DNA of 64,000 bases from Lophium mytilinum (lineage: Eukaryota): the NCBI GenBank assembly GCA_010093605.1, contig MU004185.1, positions 455,334 through 519,333 of the forward strand, in the 5' to 3' direction. The stretch's first letter is position 1. Every line of letters starts with the position of its first letter. Positions 9,776 to 22,825 of this stretch are shown one piece after another. Made by a program: the position numbers and the translations under genes. A model generated the notes under the pieces. The model searched no databases and had not been told where the DNA came from. It saw only the letters and a program-made list of their open reading frames with translations.

Positions 9776-10374
9776 GCCAAGCTAGGACAGCACTATTGAT
9801 CACAAAGCTCGTGTCTGAAGTGAGATTGTTCTTGCTAGCTGAAGATAGATTCGTTCCTGACACTCTAAAAAAGAAACCGAAGGTGGAGGAATAGGAGGGT
9901 GAACACCACTGGTGGCGGCCACTTTCGGGAAGTCTGTGAACATATTTACCTTGTTGGGGTAACTTTTACTAGTGAACTCGGGCTATACTATGTAAAAGAA
10001 AGGAAAGCCCGTTGGAGGAGATCTTTCACCCTCGACTGATTGAGGGAACGTGGCGCCTAAAAATGGGCCTCGGGAGATCTTCAGTGCCAAGGAAATTGAC
10101 AGGGGAAGCATCACCTCCTCCAAGACTTCGTCATCCAACCTCTACGCCTCTTCTGTAACATTCACAAGCGACGACGTCTGTTAAGATTACGCATTACCTA
10201 TTAGTTGCTCATATCCAAAGCACTCCCTATGATCTGGCCATCCCGATTTCGTGTCACGCCTCAAACGACATGAAAGCGTTGAATCTTCCGAGTCTTCCGT
10301 CGCGTCCTGTAATCATGCTTCAAAAGCTAGAGCAGGCGTCAGTTCTTGAATGGATGACCTTGGAAGCTTACAGA

Positions 10375-12359
10375 TTACCTACGTTGGCGATAGCGCGTTC
10401 CTGCTTTGCCCATGGACTCCACACGGAACCCGAGGAGTTCCATCTGCTTCACGTCGACGATATTTCGGCCATCAATAACCCATCTCGGTTCTCTCATGTT
10501 TGCAGCTATGAGAGCCCAATCCACGTTCTCCGAACCTATTTCGCCGTTTTTATGCTGCGTGCTATCGCAATAAACGCATCCGTTTGGACATGCTTGCTCG
10601 TGGAGACGGTTGAGAGGGTCCGAAGAAGTCATCTCTGTTAAAGACATTGTGCTTGATGGTTTGAATTCGCCGAGTGCCACAATATCCGTCTCAGAGAGCT
10701 CGGGCTTTTGAAAGACCTTTAGGTCTTCTACGCCACCATCGCTACTGTATTTTCTGAAGACGGAATGTTGTTTTGCTAGCGCGGGATATCTGAATTGATC
10801 CCATGGCGTTAAGATCAGGACAGCGCTAGCATTGAAGCATGCCTGGGTAGAGTTCTAATACGCCTCGACTGGCCCCAGCGGTTTGGGAGGCTTTGCTTCT
10901 GACGGCGCCACATGCCGGCCGATATTCTGCCTCACCTCAGCAACATTGCATCCAGGATCGAAGATTGCAATTTCTGCAGGTCGTTCAGCTAGTAGAGTCT
11001 TGATGACTTCGATTGCCGGAGATTCTCTCGAGTCATTGGTGTCCTGCTTGAAGATGTACCCGAGGATGGCGATCTTTTTGCCCATCAGGGCATTATGAAG
11101 CTTGGAGACTACCTTGTTGACGAATCTATCTCGCTGAAAGTCGTTAATGGCAAGCACTGACATCCAATAGTCCGCTACTTCTGGGAGATGGAGAGACCGA
11201 GAGAGATACACCAGGCTCAAGATATCTTTCTTGAAGCAGGACCCTCCGAAACCAAGCCCCGCCTTTAGGAATTTGCCTCCTAATCGTTGGTCTAATCCAA
11301 CGGCCTTGGAAATCTCATCGATATCCGCACCAGTCTGGTCGCAGATCGCACTAACAGCATTGATGCTGCTAATCCTTTGCGCCAGCATGGCATTTGCAAC
11401 CAGTTTTGACAGCTCCGATGACCAGAGGTTGACAGTAACGATCCTGGATGGCTCCACCCATTTGGCGTATACTTTTTCAAGTGCCGTAGCAGCAGCAAGC
11501 CCACTTGAAGATTGCGAAGAGCCATAATCGGTCTTCGGTCGGGGTATAAGAGATCTTTGACAGCCGTACCCTCCGCCAGGAATTCTGGGTTTGAGAGAAT
11601 CTCGAAAGGCACTCCAGGCCGGTAGAGTGTGAGAATCTCTCTAATCGTGCGAGCAGTTCCGCAGGGTACGGTGCTCTTCTCGACAATAATAGCTCCAGAC
11701 TTCGCAGCTTTCGCGACAGATATCATAGCGCTTTCCAGTGCAACAAGGTTCGTAGCTGCACCAGCCCCAATCCCGCTGAGCTTCGTCGGGGTATTGACGC
11801 TGACTAAAACGACGTCGGCAACAGCGACACATTCCGAAACGTTTGTTGAGAAAAAGAGATTAGGATTCGGGGTGGAATTTTCACCTCTGTGCCGTCTTGG
11901 TCCGCCAATTTCACGACGGTTCCTTTCGTCCCATCACGAGATACACGAACAAAATCGATGAGGCCTGGTTCAGCTACTGGAAGATGCTTTGAGTTCCATT
12001 TCTTCATCCTCGCCTCGTCAAGATCCATAACAGTTACTCGAATATCTGGATTCTGGAACGCGATGACTGCACTTGTGGGTCCTCCTATCAAAATTCTCAG
12101 TTGGATTCTTAGAAGCAAGGACCCGGGCTTTCAGCTCGATGTGAAGCGCAAAGTGATCAAGGAGATTGGAAAACGACATACGAACGTATCCGGCACCAAC
12201 ACAACATATGTTCTTCACTCGTGTTTGAAGACATGAAGTAGCGCAGTTACCGAAACACCGGATACAATGTTCGGATTCTGACTCTGGCGTGAATGCTCTA
12301 GAGCACCCTACTGAAGTGTTTGGGGTGGAAGACTCAAAAGAAGTTCTCCGAGATCCCAT
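10375..12359 (-). pseudogene. UDP-glucose 6-dehydrogenase, disrupted
   Basis: Motifs ICCVGAGYV|GGPTSAVIA (split by an intron), VSVNTPTK, VEKSTVPCGTA, SNPEFLAEGTA, SSELSKLVANAMLAQRISSIN, GFGGSCFKKD and DGRN. Frameshifts at ~11865 and ~11525; premature TAG at 10855-10857 with the frame continuing (ASAVLILTPWDQFRYP). Confidence 0.9.
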
Positions 12360-13764
12360 GATGGAGGCTGTTTTTGATTGGCTCGACTGGGGATTATCTT
12401 CCTCTTAGTACGAGTAAGAAAGTGACTGCGGTGTCTATGGCCTTTTCAACTCTTCAAACGAATGTGGCTGATATCATGTAGGAACTTCCACAACGCTAAA
12501 CCAACGAACGGCCAGGCCTACTAAGGAGCTCGTTCTCAGTTGTGCATGACCGAAGGAATGCCAAGGTGCTCTAGACTTGCGTGCTCAGCACTCACTCAGA
12601 AATCAGAGAAATTTGGGGCCAGTCGTAAAGATAGTAAAACTGCTCAAGAAGCGTAGAGCACTTTCTCGTAACGTATTCGTCCTGGTGGTGGGATTTGAAA
12701 GTTGATAAATGGGCATGTGATTTTGGTTACTCAGGTAAGTATCACCAAGAATGATCTCTTCCGTATCTGCTGTTTGATATCAACTATCGGGCTTATGTAC
12801 GGTGTCCAACACAGCTCTACCAAAACCGCGCAAAAGTGACGAGATAAAGGTACTACGACAGCTAGATGCCCACGTTCACTGCTAGATCGCCTAGCCAAAA
12901 TTCAACAAGGCTTTAGAGGCTTCACCAAGACCTCTCGGGTCTCACTAATCGAACTGGCCAATAGGCTTGGTGTAAGTACCTGCATGGTACAGCATTTGAG
13001 CCGGATCGAAGGCGCTGTGCAACTTATCCGTACCAAAGACGAGATACCGGTACCGGACATGAGTCGGCTTCGGACTCCCGGGTGAACTGTTACCAACGAA
13101 GCAGTGCACCGATGATGTTGACCCGAAAAGATTGTGTCCAATCACCCATCACTGACTGCATAAATTGCACTTGATACGCCCATCGAAGGCAACTATGTCG
13201 CAAATTCATGAGACCCTCTTGAGCAAGCAGATCCATCTACAAACAGGAGGCAGACGCCAGGGAGTGTTTCCTAGTCTTTTCATCACGGAGGCAGCCGCAG
13301 CTCTCAGGTCCAGCTGCGGGTTCCTGGGCGGCGTCGCACATCGATACACAATTGTCCCGTTCCGGCGAAGCGACAAGCCTTGCCGGAATCCCACGCCCGA
13401 GAGCCCAAGAAACGCTAATCCTCGGCCAACAAGCCGCATGCCGTGGCGCTGGGCAACACCAAACCCACATGGCTACGAATAGCTATTATCGTACGTTGTC
13501 CTGAGTCCCTTTATGCCGGTTGCCTGAGGGTGTTTTCTCCCCATTCCTACCGCGGCGTCCTGGTATCGCTGCTACAACCGCGAACAGCACCATAGCGTGG
13601 GTATCCAACTCCCACGCCTCTTCAGACGGCTCCTCGGGCCCCCTCTCGCTATCAATCTAATCGTTTGTCTCCAGATGCAGATTAGGCCGGCTTTATGCTG
13701 ACACAGCCTTTGATTCGATCCAAGCATCCTGTCAACTCAGGTCGTCCTCAACTTGTTCCATTCC

Positions 13765-14896
13765 ATGGCTTGGCCTGAAACGCTCTTATGGCAAATGGGG
13801 GCAGTGTTCCTTGCGCCCTATCCTGCTGGAGTCAATGCGCAGTCTCTCTTCAACCATGGCGACTTCATCAAGAGAGAGGTGAAAGAGACCGTTCTCCTAT
13901 GCGGCCAGTACGATTCCTACAATGCCTGCGATGAGTCCGGTAACTTTACCTGTACATAAGTCTGTCTCTGTTGTATCACAGCTGTCTGTTGACTGGTACT
14001 AGTTATATCCAATGCATGGAATCCGGAGCCGTCGGGTGGGCAGTGTGTGACAGTAGGTCTCCACACGTATTTTACTTCCTGCAGAAGGTTGGCAACAATG
14101 GTACTACCTTTGAAGCCACTTGGAAGTGGGAAACCGATCCGTCTAATGTCCACTCTTATCCTCGCGTCAAGTTCAACACGCCCTTATTACCTGTCCAACT
14201 GTCAAACCTTTCCTCATTGCTCGTTGAGACTCACTGGTCCATGTCACCAGCCACTTCGCTGAACCTTGGCAACGACCTCAACGGTTTATCAAAGATCAAC
14301 ATGATTGCCAATGTCGCGATCGACATGTTTGCCGACGCCGACCCAAAGAAAGCCCAGAGTGAGACTGAGGCTGCATTTGAGATTATGCTCTGGTTGGGAT
14401 CGTTTGGCAACCCGCAGCCTCTGGGGTTCAGAGACGGCTCTGGGCTTTTCAATCAGACCCTGGGGAACCTTCAATTGTTTGTACCCCGGTTGCGAACAGA
14501 TCGTGTTACGCGTGCTAAAAGATCTATAGTAAGCTTTTTACGGGACATAACCCTGCACGAGGACACGACGTCTTTTCTTGGATGGCTCCCTCGAACGTCA
14601 CTGATTTCAATGAAGACATATCACCGCTTATCCAAGCTCTGTGAAAGAACAACTTCGTCTCGGCTGATGTCTTTATGGGCCTCGTGGAATTTGGCAGTGA
14701 GGCTTTCCACGCTGATGAGAATGTTACTTTCTTTATTTCACACTTTGGGATAAACCTGACCTCGGGGATTCCGCCATACCTTTCAATCACGACAGCACCG
14801 AAGTCCTGTTCCAATAAGTCGACTGCATCCGCTCTCAGGCAGTCATCACTCTTTGCTGTGGTGCTGCTGGCCATAACAGCAGCGTTCATGCTGTGA
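13765..14896 (+). pseudogene. GH12 endo-beta-glucanase/xyloglucanase-like gene with hydrophobic (GPI-like) C-terminus, disrupted
   Basis: Motifs NAWN...GGQC, FEATWKW, NVHSYP, NVAIDMFAD, FEIMLWLG and EFGSEAF. In-frame TGA at 14642-14644 (QAL*KNN) lies before the second catalytic Glu motif. The apparent intron at 14053-14084 is only 32 nt and has no branch point. Confidence 0.8.
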
Positions 14897-16201
14897 ACGA
14901 GGCCATCGTGCATATAGACGCAAGAGTCACCTGTGAATACGTAATTATCGCTGTACGAGTATTCTTGGGCTTGGCATTCATGACTAGAGGTAGCGGGAGA
15001 GACGGTGCAGCATGCGCACGAGAACGGACAACGAGCACGACCTAGCTAGAGCACGACAGATGGGCGGCAAAACGGCAAGCGGGAGAGCAACCACCAGGGT
15101 CCAAATGGGTCGCCGAGCATGCAATTTACAGGTGGTGCTGCGTTGGCCAGCGGCGCAGAGGTGTCACACAGCGCCAAAGATAGTAAGCAAGCGGTCTCAT
15201 CCATCAAACATCGTTAGTAGGAATCAACGCCAACTTCGAGGCCCACGTTTTCCTCTATGATATTAGGGCCATCTTATCAAACGGTCCTGATCCCATCCGA
15301 CCTTCAACGCCACAGCCGTTATGGCTCAATCTTTTCTCGTGGCTGTTGCGGCAATATTCAACAAATTTGCATGGCACCTCCGGAAGCATGGCTGTCGCAT
15401 GCGAAATAACCTCGAGCATCTTGACTTGGCTTGCATCTAGCCTGGTAGACCGTTCTCTTTCACTACGGCTATCTAAACCCTCTTCGCTAAACCCTCCGTC
15501 GGATAATTCAAATTGCTTCGTGCCAGGTCTGGCTTGTTCCGGCATCGTGTCTTCCATCGAGAAGCGTAATGCAAGATACCGAGATCTACACAGCACAACG
15601 TCTCTCGGGAGCCTCTTGGACGTGGAATACGTGGCCATGGAATGGGAACCCGAGTCCAGTACCTTGGTACCTACTCGAGCGTGCTGTACGATAGCTTCAC
15701 CGCCTCACAAAGGCTTTACCATAGTGGTAGATGTCGTGAGGTTTCCATGCCGTGTGTCCGGGCATAAAGGCACCGGAACTGCCAAGCAAATGGTTGACCG
15801 TTCTCCACCAATCCTATGCGAGGACGAAAAGGCTGATCCGGGTCCTGACGGTTATCCTAGGGCAAATCAGCTCTACTTTTGGGTACGCTCGATTGACCCT
15901 GAGCGGAAAAATCCGCTTCATTGTCCTGGCATTGAGGTCGGATACGGCAACGCATGTACTATCGGACCCCCACCTAGGAGCAACGGGATTGGAAAATGCC
16001 TGAACAGAAAATGACGTTACTCGGCGCCGTTCTTAACAGAAGTCGTGAGCCGAAAGTTTTTTCTCTACACCACTTCCTTGACCTAGGTGATAATACCATT
16101 GAATTGGCTTTTTATTCGGTCTCATTCCTTCGTTGAACCTTTGCCCATCACATTCGCTCCACTATAATATTTCCTTTTTACCCTCAATCAGGTGTTCTGT
16201 T

Positions 16202-18490
16202 ATGCCTACTTCACGAAAACGCAACCGTTTGATAAAGAAGTTCAAGTCTAAGAAGAGCGTCGAGACGACAGACCCAGAAATGCATCCCCGAAGTCAAGTG
16301 GAAACCAGCTCGGAGCCTTCGCGCCCGCCAACTGCATCCAATACCTTGACGGTGTCTTCGCCAGCTGCGACACAGGCCTCGCTTGCAAGCTCGGGCCATA
16401 ATCCTTTTGAACGTGAGCAATACATTCTCGACGGACAGTCTACGACCAACTTCAGCTTCGCACCTAGCCATGTCCAACAGCCGTCAAGTTCTAGCCACAG
16501 CCAGCAACTATCAGTATCGACATACAGCCAGGATATTGAGACCTCCGCAGTACCACCAGACCTAATAGTAAGCTTCTGAAATCATCTCTGCACAGCGTAC
16601 TTCTCCTAACACGCGAGTAGCTACCCACACCTCTTCCTCCCCCGACCACCGAGCCAGAATTCAATGAAAAGCACTACGAGCAAGACATTGAATCACATCC
16701 CCCACCTGCAAAACACACCAAAGACGAGGAGAAACAAGACCACGAGGAAAGGAGCCAACTTTCCCACATGCCGAGAAGGTGGGATTCTTCCGGCGGTGGT
16801 ACAGCCGGTTTCGTGCGCGGTACGCACCGTTACACGACCCGCCACTGGTCCTGCCAGAATGCCCAACCGACGAGGAAAAGTATTGCTACTTGCACACCAA
16901 CCGGATTCCGCTCTACATCTTCGGCATCTTTGCGTTCTTTAGTTTGTCGGCTGGCATGTGGCTGTTCACTGTCTGCGACTACATCTTCGCCTGGTCCGGG
17001 CTCTTTGTGTTCCTCCTGCAGGCGTATCTGATGGTGTCGTATTTTGTGGGTATAGTAGGCCGAGACTGGGATTTCGAGAGCCACAAGCAGGTGTTGCTGA
17101 GCTATGGCATCACGGCGGCGAATGCACCGACGGTGGATATCTACTTGCCATGCTGTTCGGAGGACCTCTCGATTCTCGAGAATACGTATAAGCATGTGCA
17201 GAAACTGGACTACCCCTCCAACCGACTGAAACTATCTGTGATGGACGACGACAACAAGGCCGAGGTGAAGGAACTAGCAGAGCGATACAACTTCAACAAC
17301 TCCGTCCGGACTGACCGGCCGCGACTGAAGAAAGCCGAGAATCTACGCTGGCATTTCACGCGGACGGACGCCGACTTCTTCGTCATCTACGACGCTGACT
17401 TCTGCCCGCGACCCGACTTCCTCAGCGAACTGATCCCAGAGCATCTCGCCGACGACAAGACAGCCATCATCCAAACACCGCAGTTCTTCCGCGTGGGCGG
17501 CGCCCAAACCTGGGTCGAGCAAGGCGCAGGAGCTACACAAGAACTCTTCTACCGCGTCGTGCAAGTCAACCGCAACCGCTGGGGCGCGTCCATCTGCGTC
17601 GGCAGCAACGCCGTCCATCGCCGTGCGGCGCTGGAGGAAGTTGGCGGCACCGCGGAGATTGGTTTCTCCGAGGACGTTCACACGGGGTGAGTACCCAGTA
17701 CCAATACCACGGTATCGTAAAGCAGTTAGCCGTCATGACTGATCCGAATAGGTTCGGCGTCGTCAACCGAGGGTGGAAGGTCAAATACATCCCCCTTTGT
17801 CTTGCCACAGGCGTGTGCCCGGATACGCCGCGGTCGTTTTTCTCGCAGCAGATGCGGTGGTGCATGGGATCGACAACGCTACTGAGCAACCCCAAGTTCT
17901 GGAAGTCGAAGCTTACGTTTATTCAGAAAGTGTGCTATTTGTGCGGTGAGAAGAGTTCACTAATCCGTATTTACGTAAACAGTAGACTTCGTGATGCTGA
18001 TTGATGGTGGGCAGGGTTTATGTACTACTCCGCCGTCGCGCTCTCCATCTTCATCTCGCCAATCCCCGGCATCTTGCTTCTCTGGTTCCGCCCCATCTAC
18101 TTCAAATACTACAACCTCGCGTTCGCTATCCCGTTGATCGTGTATGGACTGGTGGTGTTCCACTTCTGGGCTAAGGCGAGCTTTGGGTTTAATGTCCAGC
18201 ATATCATGGTCATCCAGTCGTACGCGTATTTGACGGCGATTAAGGATAAGATCTTTGGGAAGACGCTTATATGGGTGCCGACGGGTGACGCTAAAGCGCA
18301 TAAGAGCAACAAGTACCGAATTTTGTGTATTTGTTGCTGGATGTGGACGCTGACGGTGTTGGGAGCCCTGGTCGGGGCTGTGACGTATCGGGTTGGTTTT
18401 AAGGGGATGGTGTGGTATAACACCTTGCCTTTGATTATCTTGAACGTCTATAATGTGTATCTGGCGCATCCGTTTTTGTTTCATACTTGA
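16202..18490 (+). pseudogene. Cellulose-synthase-like GT2 membrane glycosyltransferase (CelA/Tft1-like) with an N-terminal frameshift
   Basis: Motifs PTVDIYLPC..E, YDADF, IIQTPQFF, CVGSNA, SEDVHTG and QQMRW, plus TM helices. Introns at 16568-16620, ~17687-17751 and ~17946-18014. Exon 2 needs one more base in the A-run at 16748-16750 to enter the GT2 frame. Confidence 0.8.
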
Positions 18491-20017
18491 GCGTTGTTTC
18501 ATACTTGAGTAGAGAAGAAAAGGTAGATGGGAGGTTGACGAGTTAGAAAAGGATACAAAGGATGATAGAATAGAGGAGCGAATAGATGACCGGCAGTATA
18601 CCTGGATATTAATGTTATGTATATCATATCCGCGATTGCAGGCTGCCTTTGTTAGCATGAAGGCATGAGGAGGTTGAAAAGTGTCGTAGGGACTCCGAAA
18701 TGGCCTGTTGGCTGAGACCCTTTCTCTACCGTGAAGTAGACGCGAACAATGCATTCTTTCACATGTCTCTAGCATACCATAGGCTTTTTCACGATAGAGT
18801 GAACCTGCGGAGGAGTCTCCGAATGGCATAGTCGAGTCGTATCGAAGCGGTAGGATCCTTGCTCTGTGAGACGGATGCTTGAAGAATGCTTGAAGGCATC
18901 GCGAACGGATTGGCCGCGATAAGCGATACGAATAGGTGTTTGTGTTGCTGCTAAGAAATATCTCGGTTCGAAAGCTTCGCCTTAACTCGACTTCAGCCTC
19001 ACCAGCACGCATCTTGCTGCAGCACTAGAAGAGAATTTGAGATATTACGCTACATTCAAGTGGGTATCAAGCCACTCGTCGAACGTTTAGGGTGATGTCG
19101 ATAGGTATTGAGCTGAAACGCGTGGCTCCCACGTGGTACGCCTCTCCTTTCTTTCATGGGCGGTCGATGATGCTGCCCAGCACTGCTCTCGTTGTTGACC
19201 TCGGCCAGGGTCTGGGCAGGCTCGCGCGTCTCACATGCCGGCCGCATCCATGTCTTGCAATCTTCGCTGGAACCAAGTTTCGGGAGAGCGTCCGTCGCGA
19301 CGGGCAGGGTCTGTGTGGATCCTGCTCCCCCTTCTCCACCAATTTCCTCCATCGCGCTCCTGCTATCACCACCCCGCGATGCTGGAGTCGTCCATTGTCA
19401 ACGCCCAGCCGCATGTGCAGCTGCATCGTGAGCACTGCCACAGCCGGTCTGGTCTGGACAGCACTCACGATGCCAGCCCAGCTGAACATCCCGTGTACAG
19501 CATCGCGACGCGTCAGAGAACAGTCTGGACCGCTCTTCCCCGGATTCACGACGATGCGGGAGCAGGCCGAAGTGACGGCGGTGCGGCTGTGCGCGTGGTT
19601 GTGGCGAAGTGAGGCTGGTGTCTAGGGCTAAGGGGAGATTCTTGCATGATGCTATTGAGGTGTCATGACGTGTGCCCAATAGCCAGCGCGGGCGATCTCC
19701 ATAGGCAATAAAGCGGATCTCGATACTAGCCCATACGGTGCTGGCGATCATTTCACGAGAGGCCCAAGTGGCCTAGATGCCGCCTGAGTCGGGGGCACCG
19801 CAGTCGCTTGACCAGCAGCCGGCCACCACTTGCAGCCCCGAAGACCAGAAGCAGCCTGGTTCATGACGCGGGCCAGCGCTTCCCAGCATTGACCCTTGGG
19901 AGCTCAAAAGCCTTGGAATCTCCCCTAAGTCGTGTTGTTTTTTTCCCACGACATCTGCTGCTGCCCTCCCAGCAGAGCTGCACTCTCTCTCCACATCTTC
20001 AATTCACGTTGCCCGCC

Positions 20018-22825
20018 ATGGCGTCCAACCTCTTCGTCCGCGTACGCTGTCTCCCGCTGCAATGCCCCCAGTCCATGCTAACTCGCGCGCAGGCGGACCT
20101 CAAAAACGCAGACAACTCGGGCGCCAACCAAAACAAGTCCAACTCGGCCTCGTCGCTCGTGTCCACCCTCATCCCGGCCTTCTTGATCGCCCTCGTCTTC
20201 GTCGTGCTGTTTCTCGTTTTCCGTCGCAAGCTGCACCGTCTCTACGCACCCAGGTCCTACGTCGGCAGTCTTGAAGATCGGTACGTGTTGCGCTACGTCA
20301 CAAGATTTCCATCGCTTCGCTAACACCCCCGCAGCCAAAAGACTCCCCAGGCCCAGACGTCGCTCTTCGGATGGATCAAGGACTACCGTAACACCCCCGA
20401 CGAGCTGGTCCTCAATGCCGACTCGCTCGATGGATACCTCTTCCTGCGCTTCACAAAGGTTATGGTGGTCATCTGCTTCGTGGGATGCTGTATCACCTGG
20501 CCCGTTCTGTTTCCTGTCAACATCACCGGTTCGTGCGACTGCCCCGCCCCTGAAATCAAAAACTGACACAATTAGGTGGTGCTGGAAAGAAGCAGTTGGA
20601 CAAATTGTCCTTCTCCAATGTTAACGTCAAGACCCATGCCACGCGCTTCTACGCCCATGCATTGGTCGGCGTTGTTTTCATGAGTGCGGTTATGATAGTC
20701 ATTGCACGCGAATGCTTCTACCTCATCAACCTGCGCAAGGCCTACCTTCTGTCAGCATGGAATGCCAGCCGCATCTCCTCGCGCACCATTCTCTTCACTT
20801 CCGTCCCACAGGCCGACCTCAGCGAGCAAGCTATCAGGGCCAGGTATCCAGGTGCCAGGCAAGTCTGGATCCCAACCGATTGCAAGGAATTGACCAAGCT
20901 TGTCGAAGACCGTGACGATACTGCTATGAAGCTGGAAGGGGGAGAGATCCGACTATCCAAGGACGCCAACGCCAACCGCCTCAAGGCTGAGAAGGGCAAG
21001 AAGCACTACGAGAGCAACGAAGAGGGTGGCTTCCCATACCTAAACCCCAAGGATCGCCCAACCCATAAGCTCAAGTTCCTCATTGGCAAGAAGGTTGACA
21101 CCATTGAATACGGACGGACTCATTTGACCGAGCTTATCCCCAAGGTCCAGGCTGGTCAGGACTCGCATTGGAACGGCAAGGAGAAGCATATCCCCGCTGT
21201 TTTCGTCGAGTTCAACACTCTTACCGAAGCTCAAGCCGCATGGGGCGCCTCGCAGAACAAACTCAACAAGGTCAAAGGAGGTTCGCCGATCGGTCGCCAG
21301 ATGGGTGTCCTTCCCGGAGAAGTCATCTGGAAGAACCTAGGCATGAAGTCCGCCATGGTGACCATCCGACACGCGCTTGCAACGGCCTTCATTGTGATTA
21401 TGATTATTTTCTGGGCTATCCCGGTTGCCATCGTTGGTATCATCTCGAACATCAACAACATTACTGACAAGGTTCATTTCCTCTCGTTCATCAACCATAT
21501 TCCGTCTGTGATTCTAGGTGTTGTTACCGGTCTTCTTCCAGTCGTACTGCTTGCGGTTCTCATGTCGCTAGTACCTGTTATCTGCAGATGTAAGGATTCC
21601 GACACCCCTTTCCTCCTGCACGAGCTAATCTTCAACAGTTGCCGCTAAGCTTGGAGGAGCCATGACCTTGTCTCAAGTCGAACTCCAGTGCCAATCCTGG
21701 TACTTCGCTTTCCAGGTCGTCCAGGTCTTCCTCATCACCACCTTCAGTTCCGCGGCGACTTCCGTCGTTACTAAGATCATTTCAAACCCAGGGTCAGCCC
21801 CCAGCCTGCTCGCGACCAATCTACCATTGGCATCCAACTTCTACATTTCCTATTTCATTCTGCTTGGTCTTAGCTTCAGTTCCAAGGCCCTGTTCAACGC
21901 AGGTGGCTTCGTCATGACCTACGTCTTAGGCCGCTTCTTCATGAAGAATCCCCGCAAGATGTACACCAAGTACATCACTCTCGCTGGCCCCGCTCTAGGT
22001 TCCACCTACCCGGTGTGGACCAACGTGGGCGTCATCGCCATCACATACTCCTGCATCGCCCCGCTCGTCATGGGCTTCGCATTCGTCGGCCTCGCCCTCG
22101 TTTACCTCGCCTTCCGCTACAACTTCCTCTACGTCTTCTCCACCAACATCGACACCAAGGGCGCCACCTACGCCAAAGCCCTGCACCAGCTCAGCACCGG
22201 CGTGTACCTCTCAACCATCTGCCTAATCGGCCTCTTCGCCATCAGCGTCGCCACCAGCCACGCCGCCATCGGCCCCTTAATCATCATGGTTGTCTTCCTC
22301 GCCGTCTGCATCGCCTTCCACGTCTTCCTCAAGATCTCCCTCCGCCCCTTCCTCAACTCCTACGCCGAAACCGACGACGGCATGCCCACCGCCACGCCCG
22401 CTCGTCCCGAGGACAACACCGAAGGCGGCGAATCCCCCAACGAGAAGGGCAGCGAGGTGCAGATGGCCCCGCACGCCTCGGGGGGTTACTCCAAACCCGG
22501 CCTACTCTACCGCCTACTCGCGCCGAAGAAGAAGAGCGTCGAGGCGTGCCGGGCTATGCTGCACGAGGAGCTCAACCGCCCGCTCGCTCCTCTGTCTGCC
22601 GAGGTCGAGAAGAAGGCGTTCTGGAACCCGGCTGTCACGAGCGAGTCGCCGATTCTGTGGATCGTGAAGGACGATATGGGGATTAGCGAGCGTGAGATTA
22701 GGGACACGATTAAGGTGCTACCGATTACGGATGAGGGGGCGCGGTTTGATGAGAAGAATCGCGTGGTGTGGGATGTGGAGAAGCCGAGGGATGTGCCGAT
22801 TTGGGTGGATCATCCGGTCTATTAA
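20018..22825 (+). CDS. OSCA/TMEM63 (DUF221, Rsn1/Phm7-like) calcium-permeable stress-gated channel, multi-exon
   Basis: Motifs LYAPRSY, SLDGYLFLRF, VLFPVNIT, SRTILFTSVP, AVFVEF, P.EVIW.NL, WYFAFQVVQVFLITT and YSCIAPL; canonical introns. Confidence 0.92.

Noticed and set aside
12400..16100. Possible extra cluster gene (e.g. UDP-glucuronate decarboxylase) in the spacers, including ORF 15346-16014
   Set aside because: No TGGAGF, STSEVYG or YDEGKR motifs or other recognisable domain seen.
17960..19012. 350-aa ORF on the - strand
   Set aside because: Overlaps the last GT2 exon antisense and has no domain features.
22015..22686. R/H/P-rich 223-aa ORF (likewise 29827-30588)
   Set aside because: Shadow frames caused by C-ending codon bias of real genes.
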